Source: Octopus sinensis (Eukaryota). Taken from it: DNA of 64,000 bases. The notes beneath the pieces were generated by a model. It was not told the DNA's origin, made no database searches, and saw only the letters and a list, made by a program, of their open reading frames with translations. Where the stretch lies: contig NC_043000.1 in assembly GCF_006345805.1 (NCBI RefSeq), forward strand, positions 22,754,001-22,818,000, read 5' to 3'. Shown piece by piece: positions 36,601 to 50,740 of the stretch (position 1 is the first letter of the stretch; every line of letters begins with the position of its first letter). The position numbers and the translations under genes are program-made.

Positions 36601-38324
36601 TCATCACAGCTATGCTTGCATCATCACAATCCCGCCTACGCTATTACAGCCTTGTCTGTGCCATCACAGCTATGCCTGCGCCATCACAGCTATGCCTGCC
36701 CATCACAGCTATGCCTGCGCATCATCACAGCTATGCTGCATCATCACAATCCCATCCCGCCTACGCTATTACAGCCTTGTCTGTGCCATCACAGCTATGC
36801 CTGCGCCATCACAGCTATGCCTGCGCCATCACAGCTATGCCTGCGCATCACAGCTATGCTGCATCATCACAATCCCGCCTACGCTATATTACAGCCTTGT
36901 CTGTGCCATCACAGCTATGCCTGCGCCATCACAGCTATGCCTGCGCCATCACAGCTATGCTGCGCATCACAGCTATAATGCATCATCACAGCTATGCTTG
37001 CATCATCACAATCCCGCCTACGCTATTACAGCCTTGTCTGTGCCTCACAGCTATGCCTGCGCCATAACAGCTATAATGCATCATCAAAGCTATGCTTGCA
37101 TCATCACAATCCCGCCTACGCTATTACAGCCTTGTCTGTGCCATCACAGCTATGCCTGCTCCATCACAGCTATAATGCATCATCACAGCTATGCTTGCAT
37201 CATCACAATCCCGCCTACGCTATTACAGCCTTGTCTGTGCCATCACAGCTATGCCTGCGCCATCACAGCTATGCCTGTGCGCCATCACAGCTATGCCTGC
37301 GCCATCACAGCTATATCTGCGCCATCACAGCTATGCTTGCATCATCACAATCCCGCCTACGCTATTATTACAGCCTTGTTGTGCCATCACAGCTATGCCT
37401 GCGCCATCACAGCTATGCCTGCGCCATCACAGCTATGCCTGCGCCATCAAGCTATGCCTGCGCCATCACAGCTATGCCTGCGCCATCACAGCTATGCTGC
37501 ATCATCACATCCCGCCTACGCTATTACAGCCTTGTCTGTGCCATCACAGCTATGCCTGCGCCATCACAGCTATGCCTGCGCCATCACAGCTATGCCTGCG
37601 CCATCACAGCTATGCTTGCATCATCACAATCCCGCCTACGCTATTACAGCCTTGTCTGTGCCATCACAACTATGCCTGCGCCATCACAGCTATGCCTGCG
37701 CCATCACAGCTATGCCTGCGCCATCACAGCTATATCTGCGCCATCACAGCTATGCTTGCATCATCACAATCCCGCCTACGCTATTACAAGCCTTGTCTGT
37801 GCCATCACAGCTATGCCTGCGCCATCACAGCTATGCCTGCGCCATCACAGCTATGCCTGCGCATCACAGCTATGCTGCGCCATCACAGCTATGCCTGCGC
37901 CATCACAGCTATGCTTGCATCATCACAATCCCGCCTACGCTATTACAGCCTTGTCTGTGCCATCACAGCTATGCCTGCGCCACATCACAGCTATGCCTGC
38001 GCCATCACACAGCTATGCCTGCGCCATCACAGCTATGCTTGCATCATCACAATCCCGCCTACGCTATTACAGCCTTGTCTGTGCCATCACAGCTATGCCT
38101 GCGCCATCACAGCTATGCCTGCGCCATCACAGCTATGCCTGCGCCATCACAGCTATGCTTGCATCATCACAATCCCGCCTACGCTATTACAGCCTTGTCT
38201 GTGCCATCACAGCTATGCCTGCGCCATCACAGCTATGCCTGCGCCATCACAGCTATGCCTGCGCCATCACAGCTATGCCTGCGCCATCACAGCTATATCT
38301 GCGCCATCACAGCTATGCTTGCAT
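30602..38324. repeat. 7.7-kb 20-bp satellite with higher-order repeat (modal ~120 bp)
   Basis: Monomer GCCATCACAGCTATGCCTGC. HOR = (A)2-5 + GCCATCACAGCTATGCTTGC + ATCATCACAATCCCGCCTAC + GCTATTACAGCCTTGTCTGT. An older CCAT/CAACC variant block occupies ~30640-31430. Confidence 0.97.
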
Positions 38325-38402
38325 TACACTGAGAAATTATAAAGTATTTCGACTAGACGAATGATTTTTAAACAAATTTCACCCACACATAGACTCACAC
38401 AC

Positions 38403-38640
<238 letters not shown>

Positions 38641-41496
38641 TGGCGGCGAGGTTGGCCCTCGACCAACACTTCAACGCCAAACACGAAGGATGTGCTGTCA
38701 GAGCTAGGATGCGTGCTCTAAGGAACGAAGGTGTTGGAGCCGCGAGAGAGGCCCGGGTGGCAGAGGCGCAACAGGGCAACAAAGCCACCATTCGGTCACT
38801 GGTAGATGAACAGGGGCGCGAATTGCTCGAGCCAAGTAAAATGTGTGAGGCCTTTCAGCAGCATTTTGCCCGACTGTTCGGAACGAGTGGAGGGCAAGAA
38901 CGTAGGGTGGACTTCAGTGCCTACCTACATAGCCTACCACGACTCTCGACAAGAAAGGCAGGGTGCTGCGAAGGTGCCATCACGGCGGCGGAAGTGCGGG
39001 AAGCGATGGCAGAATGCTCGAGGGACAAATCACCGGGTTTGGATGGTCTACCCTACGAGCTTTACAATTGTATGCCAGACTTGTTTGGAGATCTCTTGGC
39101 GGCGGTGTACTGCAACTGGCAGCAAAACGGGAGCATTCCTGGTTTTGTGAGCCGAGGAGCCGTAACACTGCTGAAGAAAGATCTAAACAAGGGAAATGTA
39201 ATAGATAACTTTAGGCCCATCACTCTGCTTAATGCAGACTTGAAAATTTTGGCCAAGGTGCTAGCCAAGAGGTTGGCGCTTGTCATCGAAAACTGGTCGA
39301 CAAGGCGCAAACATGCGCCGTGCCAGGCCGGACCATCCATGACAACCTCCATCTGATGCGCTACATCATAGACAGGGTAGTTAACGAACCTGGCATGGGT
39401 GGGGCCCTGATCAACTTGGATCAATCGAAAGCCTTTGATAGGGTAGACCATCGATACTTGGAGGCAGTCCTGAGAGCGGCTGGTTTCGGTCCCGTCTTCC
39501 GCGGCTGGATAGCTGCCTTGTACAGAGGCATCCGTTCGGTAATTCGCGTAAATGGACATCTATCGAGACCTTTCGACATTGCACGTTCGGTCCGTCAGGG
39601 ATGCCCCCTCTCGGCGCTTCTATACGTATTGACTCTTGAGCCACTACTGCGGAAGCTGGCGACTCTAAGGGGCATCCCGCGAGAATTGGGATGCGGGACG
39701 AGCGTGTCTGCATACGCGGACGACGTCACCGTCATAGTGTCAAGCCACGAGCACATCGAGCTGGTCGGCGAGACACTGAAAAACTACGAAGCGGTGACAG
39801 GAGCGAAAATCAACCGGGAAAAGTCAGTGGGCTTGCGACTAGGCACCTGGAGAAGCAAGCCCATGCCGTCCACCAGCGCCTCCGTCGTGGGACGCTGGAC
39901 CGACGGCCCGGTTGAGTTGCTCGGGGTCTGGTTCGGTCCGGACCTCCAAGTGGAGAAGAACTGGAACGAGATAACGAGTAGGGTGGTCACTCTCGCCCGG
40001 CAATGGGCCGAGAGGAAACTGTCCCTAAAAGGTCGAGCGGAGGTGGCGAACACGTACATCGCGTCCGTCATCTACTACCGCCTGACCGTCGTACCTTGTC
40101 CCGACCCTACCATCACCAAACTACAACGCATCCTCTTTCGCTTCTTGTGGAAAGGATGCGTCCCGATGGTCAGGCGATCCATTTGCTGTCAACACCCGTT
40201 AAAAGGAGGGCTGGGCATGCCGTGGTTGATGATGCGCAGACACGCGCTGAGACTGCGACATCTCTGGCTCTATGTAGACGACGGTGAACAGGTGTGGTCG
40301 CCGTTTGTGAGGCACGCTTTCCCGCAGCTCGTCTCCATGACCGAACTGCAGTCGTGGATCAAAAGAGGCCGAGGAAGGGCGAATGGCACCGCGAGTGTCG
40401 CGTTGCTCTCAAGCAACTCTGCCGTCCTGGGTCGACCTTAAGTGACTTCAACACAACCAAAGCATTCTATAGGGGTTTAGTGGAGGGGAGGTACGACGAC
40501 GAGCTCGGGGCGAACCTGGACGTCGACGAGGAGTACCTGACCCGCCTGTTCGGGACGACTTTCGGGCCAGGGCCCATGGACAACTTCCAGAGATCCCTGG
40601 CCTGGCAGTGCTACCGAGAAGCGCTACCCGTTCGGGATAAGCTCTACAGACACGGCTCGAGAAACACGGGGCCGACCTGCCCGAGATGCGGTCAGAGCGA
40701 CGAAACCGTTCTGCACGCACTCGTTCAGTGTCCAACAATTTCCGACCTGTGGGCTTATGTCGAACAACTGCTGTCACGTGTGGGACGAGTCGGTTTATCA
40801 GCTGAGTCTATCGTCAATATTGTCACGCCTCCTTCCTTCAAACGGGAAGGAAGAGCTATTTTCATCATCCTTGTGGCTATGGCGAAAGAATGTATCTGGT
40901 GGACGCGTCTGAAAGGATTGGAGACAAACACTTTCCTCTCTGGTCAATCTCTCATCAACTTCTTCAAGTACCACTTGAAAAGGAAAGTGAGAGTAGAGAG
41001 GCAAGTTTTGTCTAGCGAATGTTTTAAAAAAGATGGGTGAATGTAGCAAGAATGGCACGTATGAATGACGAAGCCACCTTGAGCATAGTCCTATGAACCC
41101 AGAAATCGAAAACAGAGAGTTGCTTATTTGCAAAAAAAAAAAAAAAAAAAAGAAATATAAAATGTGACTTCATTGACCGAGGTTACCGTGGTCTTTTCCG
41201 CAGGCTTTTCTTTCCACGGGTAAACCTCACCTGTCCTCCCCTTTACACTTCATATTGACATTTCTGTGATAACGATCCCTATTGATCATTTTTTTTTCCT
41301 CTCCCCCCCCCCCTTTTTTTTTTTTTTTTTTTTAACCCCCCTTATTTTTGTCCTCTTTCTCTCCTTTTACGATCCCTTTTGATCGAACCTCCCCCTTCCT
41401 TTTTTTTTTTTTTTTTTTTTTAATACCTTCAAAAGAAAAGCTCTACCTTGTAATTTGTTCTATCTGTGTGCAGCCCTGTGTGGCTAATAAAGAAAC
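38641..41496 (+). mobile_element. 5'-truncated Tx1-group (L1 clade) non-LTR retrotransposon: RT plus C-terminal zinc-binding domain, 3' UTR
   Basis: KSPGLDGLPYELY, NFRPITLLNADLKILAK, LDQSKAFDRVDH, VRQGCPLS, AYADDVTV, C-terminal CPRC...ETVLHALVQC. Three -1 frameshifts. AATAAA at 41486 is followed by (TATC)n. Confidence 0.95.
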
Positions 41497-41744
41497 ATAT
41501 CTATCTATCTATCGAAAGAAAACCGGAATTATATAAATCTAGGCAAATGCTTCTTTGAGCACTCTATAGAAATCGAACCTGGCTAACTAAATTGTCCAGT
41601 TAAGATCACAGCAATCCATATGGTTTATTATTCATATCCTATGACATGTCCAATTTGTAAATCCGACGACGAAAACAAATGAATCAGAGAGTATATAAGA
41701 AAGAACACAGAATGAAGATGCATTACCAACGATTTGGTTAACTG

Positions 41745-42700
41745 ATACATGCTTCAAATAGTGCGACACAACCCAATTGATACGCGTTTCAAATAGTGCG
41801 GCAAACCCAATTGATAGTGTTTCAAATAGTGTGGCATAACCCAATTGACACGTATTTCAAATAGTGCGGCAAACCCAATTGATAGTGTTTCAAATAGTGT
41901 GGCATAATCCAATTGATACGCGTTTCAAATAGTGCGTGATAATCCAATTGATAGTGTTTCAAATAGTGTGGCATAAGCCAATTAACAGTGTTTCAAATAG
42001 TGCGGCATAACCCAATTGATACGTATTTCAAATATTGCGGCACAAGCCAATTGGTACGTGTTTCAAATAGTGCGGCATAACCCAACTGATACGTGTTTCA
42101 AATAGTGCGTGATAATCCAATTGATAGTGTTTCAAATAGTGTGGCATAACCCAATTGATAATGTTTCAAATAGTGCGGCATAGCCCAATTGATACGTGTT
42201 TCAAATAGTGCGGCATAATCCAATTGATAGTGGTTCAAATAGTGCGGGATAACACAATTGATGCGTGTTTCAAATAGTGCGGCATAACCCAATCGATACA
42301 TGTTTCAAATAGTGCGGCAAACTCAAATTGATGGTGTTTCAAATAGTGCGGTACAACCCAATTGATACCGTTTCAAATAGTGCAGCAAACCCAATTGATA
42401 GTGGTTCAAATAGTGCTGCATAACCCAGTTGATAGTGTTTCAAATAGTGCGGCATAACCCAATTGACAGTGTTTCAAATAGTGCGGCATAACCCAGTTGA
42501 TAGTGTTTCAAATAGTGCGGCATAACCCAATTGACAGTGTTTCAAATAGTGCTGCATAACCCAGTTGATAGTGTTTCAAATAGTGCGGCATAACCCAATT
42601 GACAGTGTTTCAAATAGTGCGGCATAACCCAGTTGATAGTGTTTCAAATAGTGCGGCACAACATAATTGATATGTGTTTCGAATAGTGCGGCATAACACA
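41745..42700. repeat. 34-bp minisatellite, ~27 copies
   Basis: Unit GTTTCAAATAGTGCGGCATAACCCAATTGA(T/C)AGT; alternating AATTGACAGT/AGTTGATAGT variants at ~42420-42650. Confidence 0.95.
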
Positions 42701-43220
42701 AATGCAATGTGCATGCTTAATCGATCCTTCGTTTGATTGACTAAAATGCTACAGAAAGAAGGGAATTAAGTGCCATTCTAATCTTCTGAAAAAAAATTGT
42801 ACATATATCGAACAAAAGCGGGATGGTCCATAGTCGTAAACTGAAGTTGACTGGCTACTACTTTATTGACCAGTGTCCATGAGAAAGAGGAGGGGAGATA
42901 TACTTATCAGATCTTATATAATGGTATTTAGCATTTGCATGTTTCATGTCAAGATAGAATTGTAATTTAATCCGCGATGTTAAGAATAATCCAATAAATA
43001 GAGGAAGACAGACTGAATTAATTAGAAATATAAAGGAAAATTATTATCTGTTAAGATGGAATCCATTAAGGAAAATATTCTTTTGTCTGTTGGTTGGATG
43101 ACATTAAATTAAGTAAAATTGCTTTCCATAAAATACTGAAGAATCGATTCAATTTCTGTCAGTTTGTAGACGATTTAGTATATTACAGATATGTTTAGCC
43201 TAAGAAGAATAGAGAGAATC

Positions 43221-43915
<695 letters not shown>

Positions 43916-46138
43916 CATTTCGGGCTACATCATCGCATCCAAGTTCTCTGGATAGTCCATCTGGACAAATTTGTGGAAGTGTTTGAAGTCTACATGGAAC
44001 AAACTGAAATAGCATAATCGAGACCGCGTTGGATTTGGCCTAACACGACACCAAAAGTAAAATGGGGACATGATGTGGAACCCCCTTTCTGCGACAGTGG
44101 AACAATCCAAATCATGAGTTACCTGTCGGTTTACCCATTATTGGATTCTCCTTGCTGTTTGGATGATTTAAGAAATAACACGAAGAATACATGAAAATTG
44201 TGTGAAAAAGAAGAAAGATTTGGTGTAGACATGAATTTTAAGGAAAAAAAAAAAAAAAAGAAGTGGCGAACGAAAAAGAAAAAAAAATGTTGCATGCCAT
44301 TATTACAATTAACGGAGTTTTGTTTATAAATCTCAAAATGTGATGTTTTTTTGTCTCTATAGTCACAATCCTTTAGGCCATTGTATGAAAATCAAGAACA
44401 ACAGCAACAAACAAAACAATATCTCTACAGATTCTAGATGGTGGCTCACATAATCGTTGCGACTATGTGGCTCCCAAATTTTACGTGCCTAATAAGCGAC
44501 TGCAAATAATCCTAATAATTTTTATTATTGTGTATGCTATTTTCTCCAACACGTTTTGGTTACTAAACCGAGCGTTTTACAACCTAATGAAGCCAATCTC
44601 GCCGCAGGTCGTTTTTTTTAAACCACCGTAATTTCAGATAGGAATTCTTATCTATCGAACCGTTCATTTAATTATCCAGTCAGCTGGATGCCCTATCACC
44701 AAGTCATCTGTCCATAGCATCTAATTTACAATTAGAAAAATTGAGGCAAATAGAGTTAGCAATGTTGCTTGCGGGCAAAGCAGACTGCATGCAACAGGAT
44801 ATGGATTTACGAAAACCTAGCACAGTTAAGGCATAACCAACTCTCCCTCTACTATCTTACCTATTTATTCAGCCAAAGTGGGAGCCTCTATGTGGTCGAT
44901 TGATTTACTAGACATAGTAGTCAAATCTATCTCAGATCACATTCTGTTGTTTATTTTTTAAATGTGGGTCATATTGGAGAAAGTAGTTTTAGATATACTG
45001 TTTGAATAAAAGATGGGACAGTTTTGGCTGAAGAGTGTTCTTTTTATCATAAGTCTGCTTGGTAATTGCTGATCTGGAACTAAACGACAACAACAACAAC
45101 AACAACAGCAGCCTAATATCTTCCTCTGCATTCATCCACCTACATCGCCATCTGACTTCACGTCCATCACGTCGGGTGACCTAGGAATCAATCAATCGGT
45201 TTATAACAACAACAACAACAACAGCAGCAGCAGCAATAGAAACTACGATGACGACGACGACGATGACCACCACCACCACCACCACCACCACCACCACAGC
45301 AACAACAGTTATCTGTCTGTTAGTTTGCGTGGAAATCTTTTTCCTCGCTTCATATGATTCTTCTTCGTCGTACATACTTCTTGGTTAACAAGGTTGATGC
45401 TATTAAATACACACTAAACGTTCTGGATGTTTCGTTGCTTTATATAAAGCTAATGAAAGAAAAATCAAAGAGCCAGGAAATAACAGGTAGAAACATTAAT
45501 ACAGAAAGAAAAAAAAAACTCCCAAAAACAAAAAACAAAACAAAACAAAAAGCTAAAAAAGAAAAGAAATTACGATGCAAAACCTCTTCATATTGAGAAT
45601 TCATTCCGACTTTAAAAAAAAAGGAAAGAAAAAAAACAACAACTAATCGTTAGTGAGGAAGAAGTGCATGATGGGAAGATCTGAGACAAAAATACGATCA
45701 TGTCGGCAGTTAGAATCTGAACCGCTAAGTTGACTTCAGTAACATCTACTGCGCTATTAGTGAATATAGTAATAAAAGTGATATCACAGATAAGACAACC
45801 GGCCTAATGAGAAACGTTTCTGATATAGTTCTTTGTATTTTATTCTCTTTTCTTTTTTTTGTTATATTTTTATACAAGTAATGACACTTGTCAATGAAAA
45901 TTGCTGACTTTGATGTAACATAATCAAAGAATATTTAAACACAGGCTTCTACATTTTCGAGCTGTATATCATTCTTGTGTCGAATATTCCAGTTAAGTCT
46001 TCTAAAGTTCTTCTTTTAGTTCTGAAAACTCGTGTTCTTTGTGCTTATTTGTTCCTTCTATTCTTTGTTATACATACATATATTCATGCAAGCATACATA
46101 CATACGTGCATACATACATATATATAAATATATATATT

Positions 46139-46179
<41 letters not shown>

Positions 46180-48091
46180 TTGTATATGAATATGTGTGCG
46201 TATATGTGTGTGTGTATGTGAATGTGTTGTGTGTGTTTGTATATTTGTATAGATGCATGTATATGTATAGTATATGTACATGAAGCGTGAGTGAGTGCAT
46301 CTGTGTGAATATACGTTGTATTAAATACACGATTGTGCTCTAGTTTCCTTTTTTGATCATTTAAAAAAAAATATTTTATAATTGCATACAAGTTCCTCGA
46401 AATTTGTTGTGAGCAGTAGCTTTCTTAAATCCATCATCAAAGTTTCTAAACTTTCACAATCCAATCTTCAGGATGAAGTGATGTTGGAGTGTGTTGCTCT
46501 CTCTTTATAGTAGGCAATATCAATGAGATTGGTGTAGACATTACCACCAGAATTTGAATTTTGACCTTTAGATACATACGTCAGTAGTAAATGTTTGTCT
46601 TTGTTTGTAACCATTGCATATTGTTTTTGTGTATATTTTAGTATTATACTGTGCTACGAGTATGGCTAGCATCGTTAATAATTCATATCTGCGTTGAAAT
46701 CTCTAGGCTATAAATATCTTGTCAACTAAGTTTTCTCACTAACCTTTGTTTTCTATTGTGTCATGTAGTTTACTACGATGGCTCCTTGTTGTAGGCGTAT
46801 GGAGAACTGGCAAGACAGTGTTCTTTATATGGCCAATACAACATTTGAAGACATGGTGTCTACAGAGTTCACGTTTGTATTCGAATTTATGAATTACATA
46901 GGGGATTAGTAACTCGTTCTCACATTTTTGTTGTTTTGTGTAAAGAAATTTCTTTATTTTTGCGTTCTTTTTTAAATATATTGTTGATAAAGAAACTTTA
47001 GATAAGTTCAAATACGTTGGCACATATTTGAACATATAAATGCTTTTCACTGCAAGTTAGCAATGGAGAAAAAGTCTCGTTTTAGACAAAATGGTGCTAG
47101 AACATCAAAGCGCCCTCTGTGGGCAAATGCATTTAGAAGCACACTGAGCTGACCGTAGTCTTCTAATACATTAAAATAACAGCACTATTTAAATAATAAC
47201 ACTCTGTAAAGAATCCTTGACTATCGGTTTTATTAGTTAGCCGCTTATCTGATATTCCAAGTTACGTTTTGAATAAGTTTTTTGATTATGTCTCACTGTT
47301 TACATCGGCAGAATACGTCTACTTTGTAATGAGAAAACATAATTTCGTGGAATTCAAGACTCTCCTATGAGCGATTGTGAGGTAAATGTGGGTCTGGGTG
47401 GGGAAAATAGTTACAACGCGAAGCAAAACTCATCTCATCTGCAGATCACTTCTTTTCTCGAGCTCTAGGACTCATACGTTTACCTGGTTTCTATGGCGTA
47501 TAAGTAAGCGAGATCAAACCTTTCTCTACCCCGTAATGAGATGCTGATTCGTTGCAGAGGTCAATTTTTAAGGGAAAGGAAAAAGTCAATTAGATCTACC
47601 CCAGTACTTGACTGTTGCTTTATAAAAGGTAAAGTCGACATCAACAGGAGTTGAATTCAGAATTTAAAATGCCAAATGAAATGCCGCAAAGAGTATTGTC
47701 CGCTTTGCTAACGATTCCGCCGGTTCACTACCTTCAAACTCGTCTTACTAGAAGTTTATTTGTAATCTAGAGAGCTCCTTGTTTGATTTCATATTGCACT
47801 AACCAATCCTACGTTCAAAGTGTTTATATGAAGATGATTTTGGTAATATTTATAGCTGAAGAGACTTTAATTTTAGACTTTAACTTTTACATATTCTACT
47901 TTCATGGTTCTAGCTGCAATATTCAAGAAACATCGGTTGTATCTGCGTAAAAGAAAAGCAAAGTGAATTGAGTTAAATATAAGTTACCCATAAATCGGCC
48001 ATTACAAACTTCTCAAATTTAGTTCCAAATACAAACTACCGAGCAAATATTGAGTTCCAGGAGTTTCAAGTTTAATGATAACTAATAGAAG

Positions 48092-48474
48092 GAAGCACTC
48101 CGTCGGTTACGACGATGAGGGTTCCGGTTGATCCGAATCAACGGAACAGCCTGCTCGTGAAATTAACGTGCAAGTGGCTGAGCACTCCACAGACACGTGT
48201 ACCCTAAACGTAGTTCTCGGGGATATTCAGCGTGACACAGAGAGTGACAAGGCCGGCCCTTTGAAATACAGGTACAACAGAAACAGGAAGTAAGAGTGAG
48301 AGAAAGTTGTGGTGAAAGAGTACAGCAGGGATCACCACCATCCCCTGCCGGAGCCTCGTGGAGCTTTAGGTGTTTTCGCTCAATAAACACTCACAACGCC
48401 CGGTCTGGGAATCGAAACCGCGATCCTATGACCGCGAGCCCGCTTCCCTAACCACTGGGCCATTGCGCCTCCAC
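48092..48474 (-). mobile_element. SINE family C, full length
   Basis: Near-identical to 12890-13273. Confidence 0.93.
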
Positions 48475-48657
48475 TGATAACATTAACTATGAAAAGTTCG
48501 TATGATTATTTCATCAAGGAAAAGGCGTTCACTTCGGGTTATTTAAATTAAGAACCATTCAAGTATTGTTTGTTTCTCTCAAAGAATCTCTAAAAAAAAC
48601 AACACGCGCTTCTAAAACACCTACGTGCTTTCTACCCTTCAATATGGTTGTCAAACA

Positions 48658-49745
48658 TGGCATCGGAAACCTGACAAGAAAAGAAACTGGACGCTTTTGA
48701 CAGCAAATACCTCCGGAAAATACTGGGCGCCAAATGGAATGATTTAATCAGCGTTTAAGAGGTCAGAAGAAGAGCAGACCATCATGCAGTGTCCATCACC
48801 ATCTGAAAGCACCACCAGAAGCAGCTGAGAATGTCGTAAGACTCCTGATGAGCAGACTCACCAACCAATTTCTTAAGATGAACTTTCAACGGCAATGATG
48901 AAGAGAAAGTTCCAATATGAATTGGCATCATTTGATTGATAGGGACCTTCAGCTAATAAACCTACCTTTGGAACGATGACCTGAGGATGGAAGCTGACCG
49001 ATCCTGCTAGAGTGCTTTGTCTGCCTCATGCGTCATCCGTTAAGGGGGTGCCTATATCTAAATAAGTCAGGTATTGGGGTTAATTCTCTCGGTTATATCC
49101 ACCCCCTTCTCATAAATTTGTGACTGGTTATCAGAGATCAGAATGGATTATTTCGTCAACGACAGTGACGTAGCAGGCGCACGTGATGCCGGATTAGATG
49201 TAGCTAACAGTATTCAGTTCTGTCCCGCTGCGTTCTGAATTTCAATCTCACTATGTTCAAATTTGATTTTCATTCCTCTAAGATCAATAAACAAGTACCA
49301 AGTACATGTACTGACACCAATTCAGTCCTCTCTGCCACTCTCTGACCTATTTGTGGCCTTGTGCCAATCACAGAAATCATTACTTACTCATGAAAATCTA
49401 TGTAAAAATCAATATAAAGAATTTATTTACGGAAATAAAGGAATATTGCCAATACGGTTTGTTCGATATAAAATCCAATTATAAAGGATGTAAGGTTACA
49501 CCTAGAATTTCAATGTCGACAATATGTTTCAAGTAAATAAATCACAAAACGGAACTAAATTTAATAAAGATCAAAACAAAAAAAAATGGAGGCCAAAGCG
49601 AAAGATATATGAGATGCAAGTTTAATTTTGTTTCTACTCCTGTGAAATTTCGTTTTTCATTCGTTGCATTTTATAAGAATTTGCTAATACCGCCAACAAT
49701 ATCATTATCATGTTATATTACAGTTATATTTTTTTGATACTGTAT
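48658..49745 (+). repeat. Left arm of a ~1.1-kb inverted duplication (right arm ~53025-54310); begins with an RTE-like LINE 3' fragment
   Basis: Reverse complement of the right arm. 48690-48800 reads LDAFDSKYLRKILGAKWNDLISV.EVRRRA, like the RTE RT thumb. Confidence 0.92.
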
Positions 49746-49764
49746 ACCTGTGTGTATTACATGA

Positions 49765-49824
49765 ATCAATAATAATAATAATAATGATAATGATGATGAT
49801 AATAATAATAATATAATAATAATA

Positions 49825-49884
<60 letters not shown>

Positions 49885-49925
49885 TGATAATAATAATAAT
49901 AATAATATTGATAATAATAATAATA

Positions 49926-49989
<64 letters not shown>

Positions 49990-50028
49990 AATAATAATAA
50001 TAATAATAATGATAATAATAAAAATAAA

Positions 50029-50066
<38 letters not shown>

Positions 50067-50086
50067 CAACAACAACAGCACCACCG

Positions 50087-50120
<34 letters not shown>

Positions 50121-50150
50121 TAATGATAATAATAATAATAATGATAAGGA
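49765..50150. repeat. Compound (TAA)n/(GAT)n/(CAA)n/(CAC)n trinucleotide array
   Basis: Direct inspection. Confidence 0.95.
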
Positions 50151-50740
50151 GAGCAAAATATTTGCTAGCGAGTTTATGTATGCTACGCAGGTTGAACAGC
50201 TTGGTGGAAGTGTAGCAACTGTAGTTGCAAAGAAGGTGAAATCAATAACAAAGCAAAATGCGTTTGAACAATTGGCTGATAGGCGGGATCAAAAACCTCT
50301 GCATGGCAAATATGTGGCGCGTAATAGACAAGCTGATGTAGACCAGAAGCACACCCATCAGTGGCTACGGAGCTCAGGGCTAAAGACAGAGAGTGAAGGC
50401 TTTATCTTGGCTGCTCAATATCAGAAATTACTGACCCGGAACTAACAAGCCAATGTGATGAAAAATGGAGTAGACCCAAAATGCCGATACTCTAACGATG
50501 AGATTGAAATGGTGGACCACCTAATGTATGGGTGTAAGGTTTTAATACCTGTAGAGTACAAATCAAGACGTGACAGAGTTGGCCAATATCTACACTGGAT
50601 GTGTCGACATTACAAAATCAAAACTGCTGACAAATGGTACTGGCTCCACCCAGAGGCTGTAATTGAGGGAGAAAATGTAACGATTCTTTGGGACTTTCCA
50701 GTATATACAGACCGGACCATCAAAGCAAATAAACCAAAAC
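50151..50740 (+). mobile_element. R4/Dong-like fragment 1 (pre-finger region, degenerate CCHC, start of RLE)
   Basis: KPLHGKY...VDQKHTHQWLRSSGLKTESEGFILAAQ; DPKCR...E.VDHL.YGC...RRDRVGQYLHW; VTILWDFPVYTDRTIKANKP, cut off by (AAG)n at ~50740-50832. Confidence 0.88.

Noticed and set aside
30553-38364. Very long His/Cys/Ala-rich ORFs (up to 1529 aa) in all three + frames
   Set aside because: The 20-bp monomers contain no stop on +, so every frame is open. The unit is not a multiple of 3, indels shift frames freely, and the monomer derives from a SINE. Not a protein or CRISPR array (no unique spacers).
41745-42700. 34-bp repeat as a CRISPR-like array
   Set aside because: Units are directly adjacent with no spacers; eukaryotic context; no cas genes.
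46739-47050. 103-aa minus-strand ORF in unique DNA
   Set aside because: No recognisable motif; AT-rich composition; consistent with chance.
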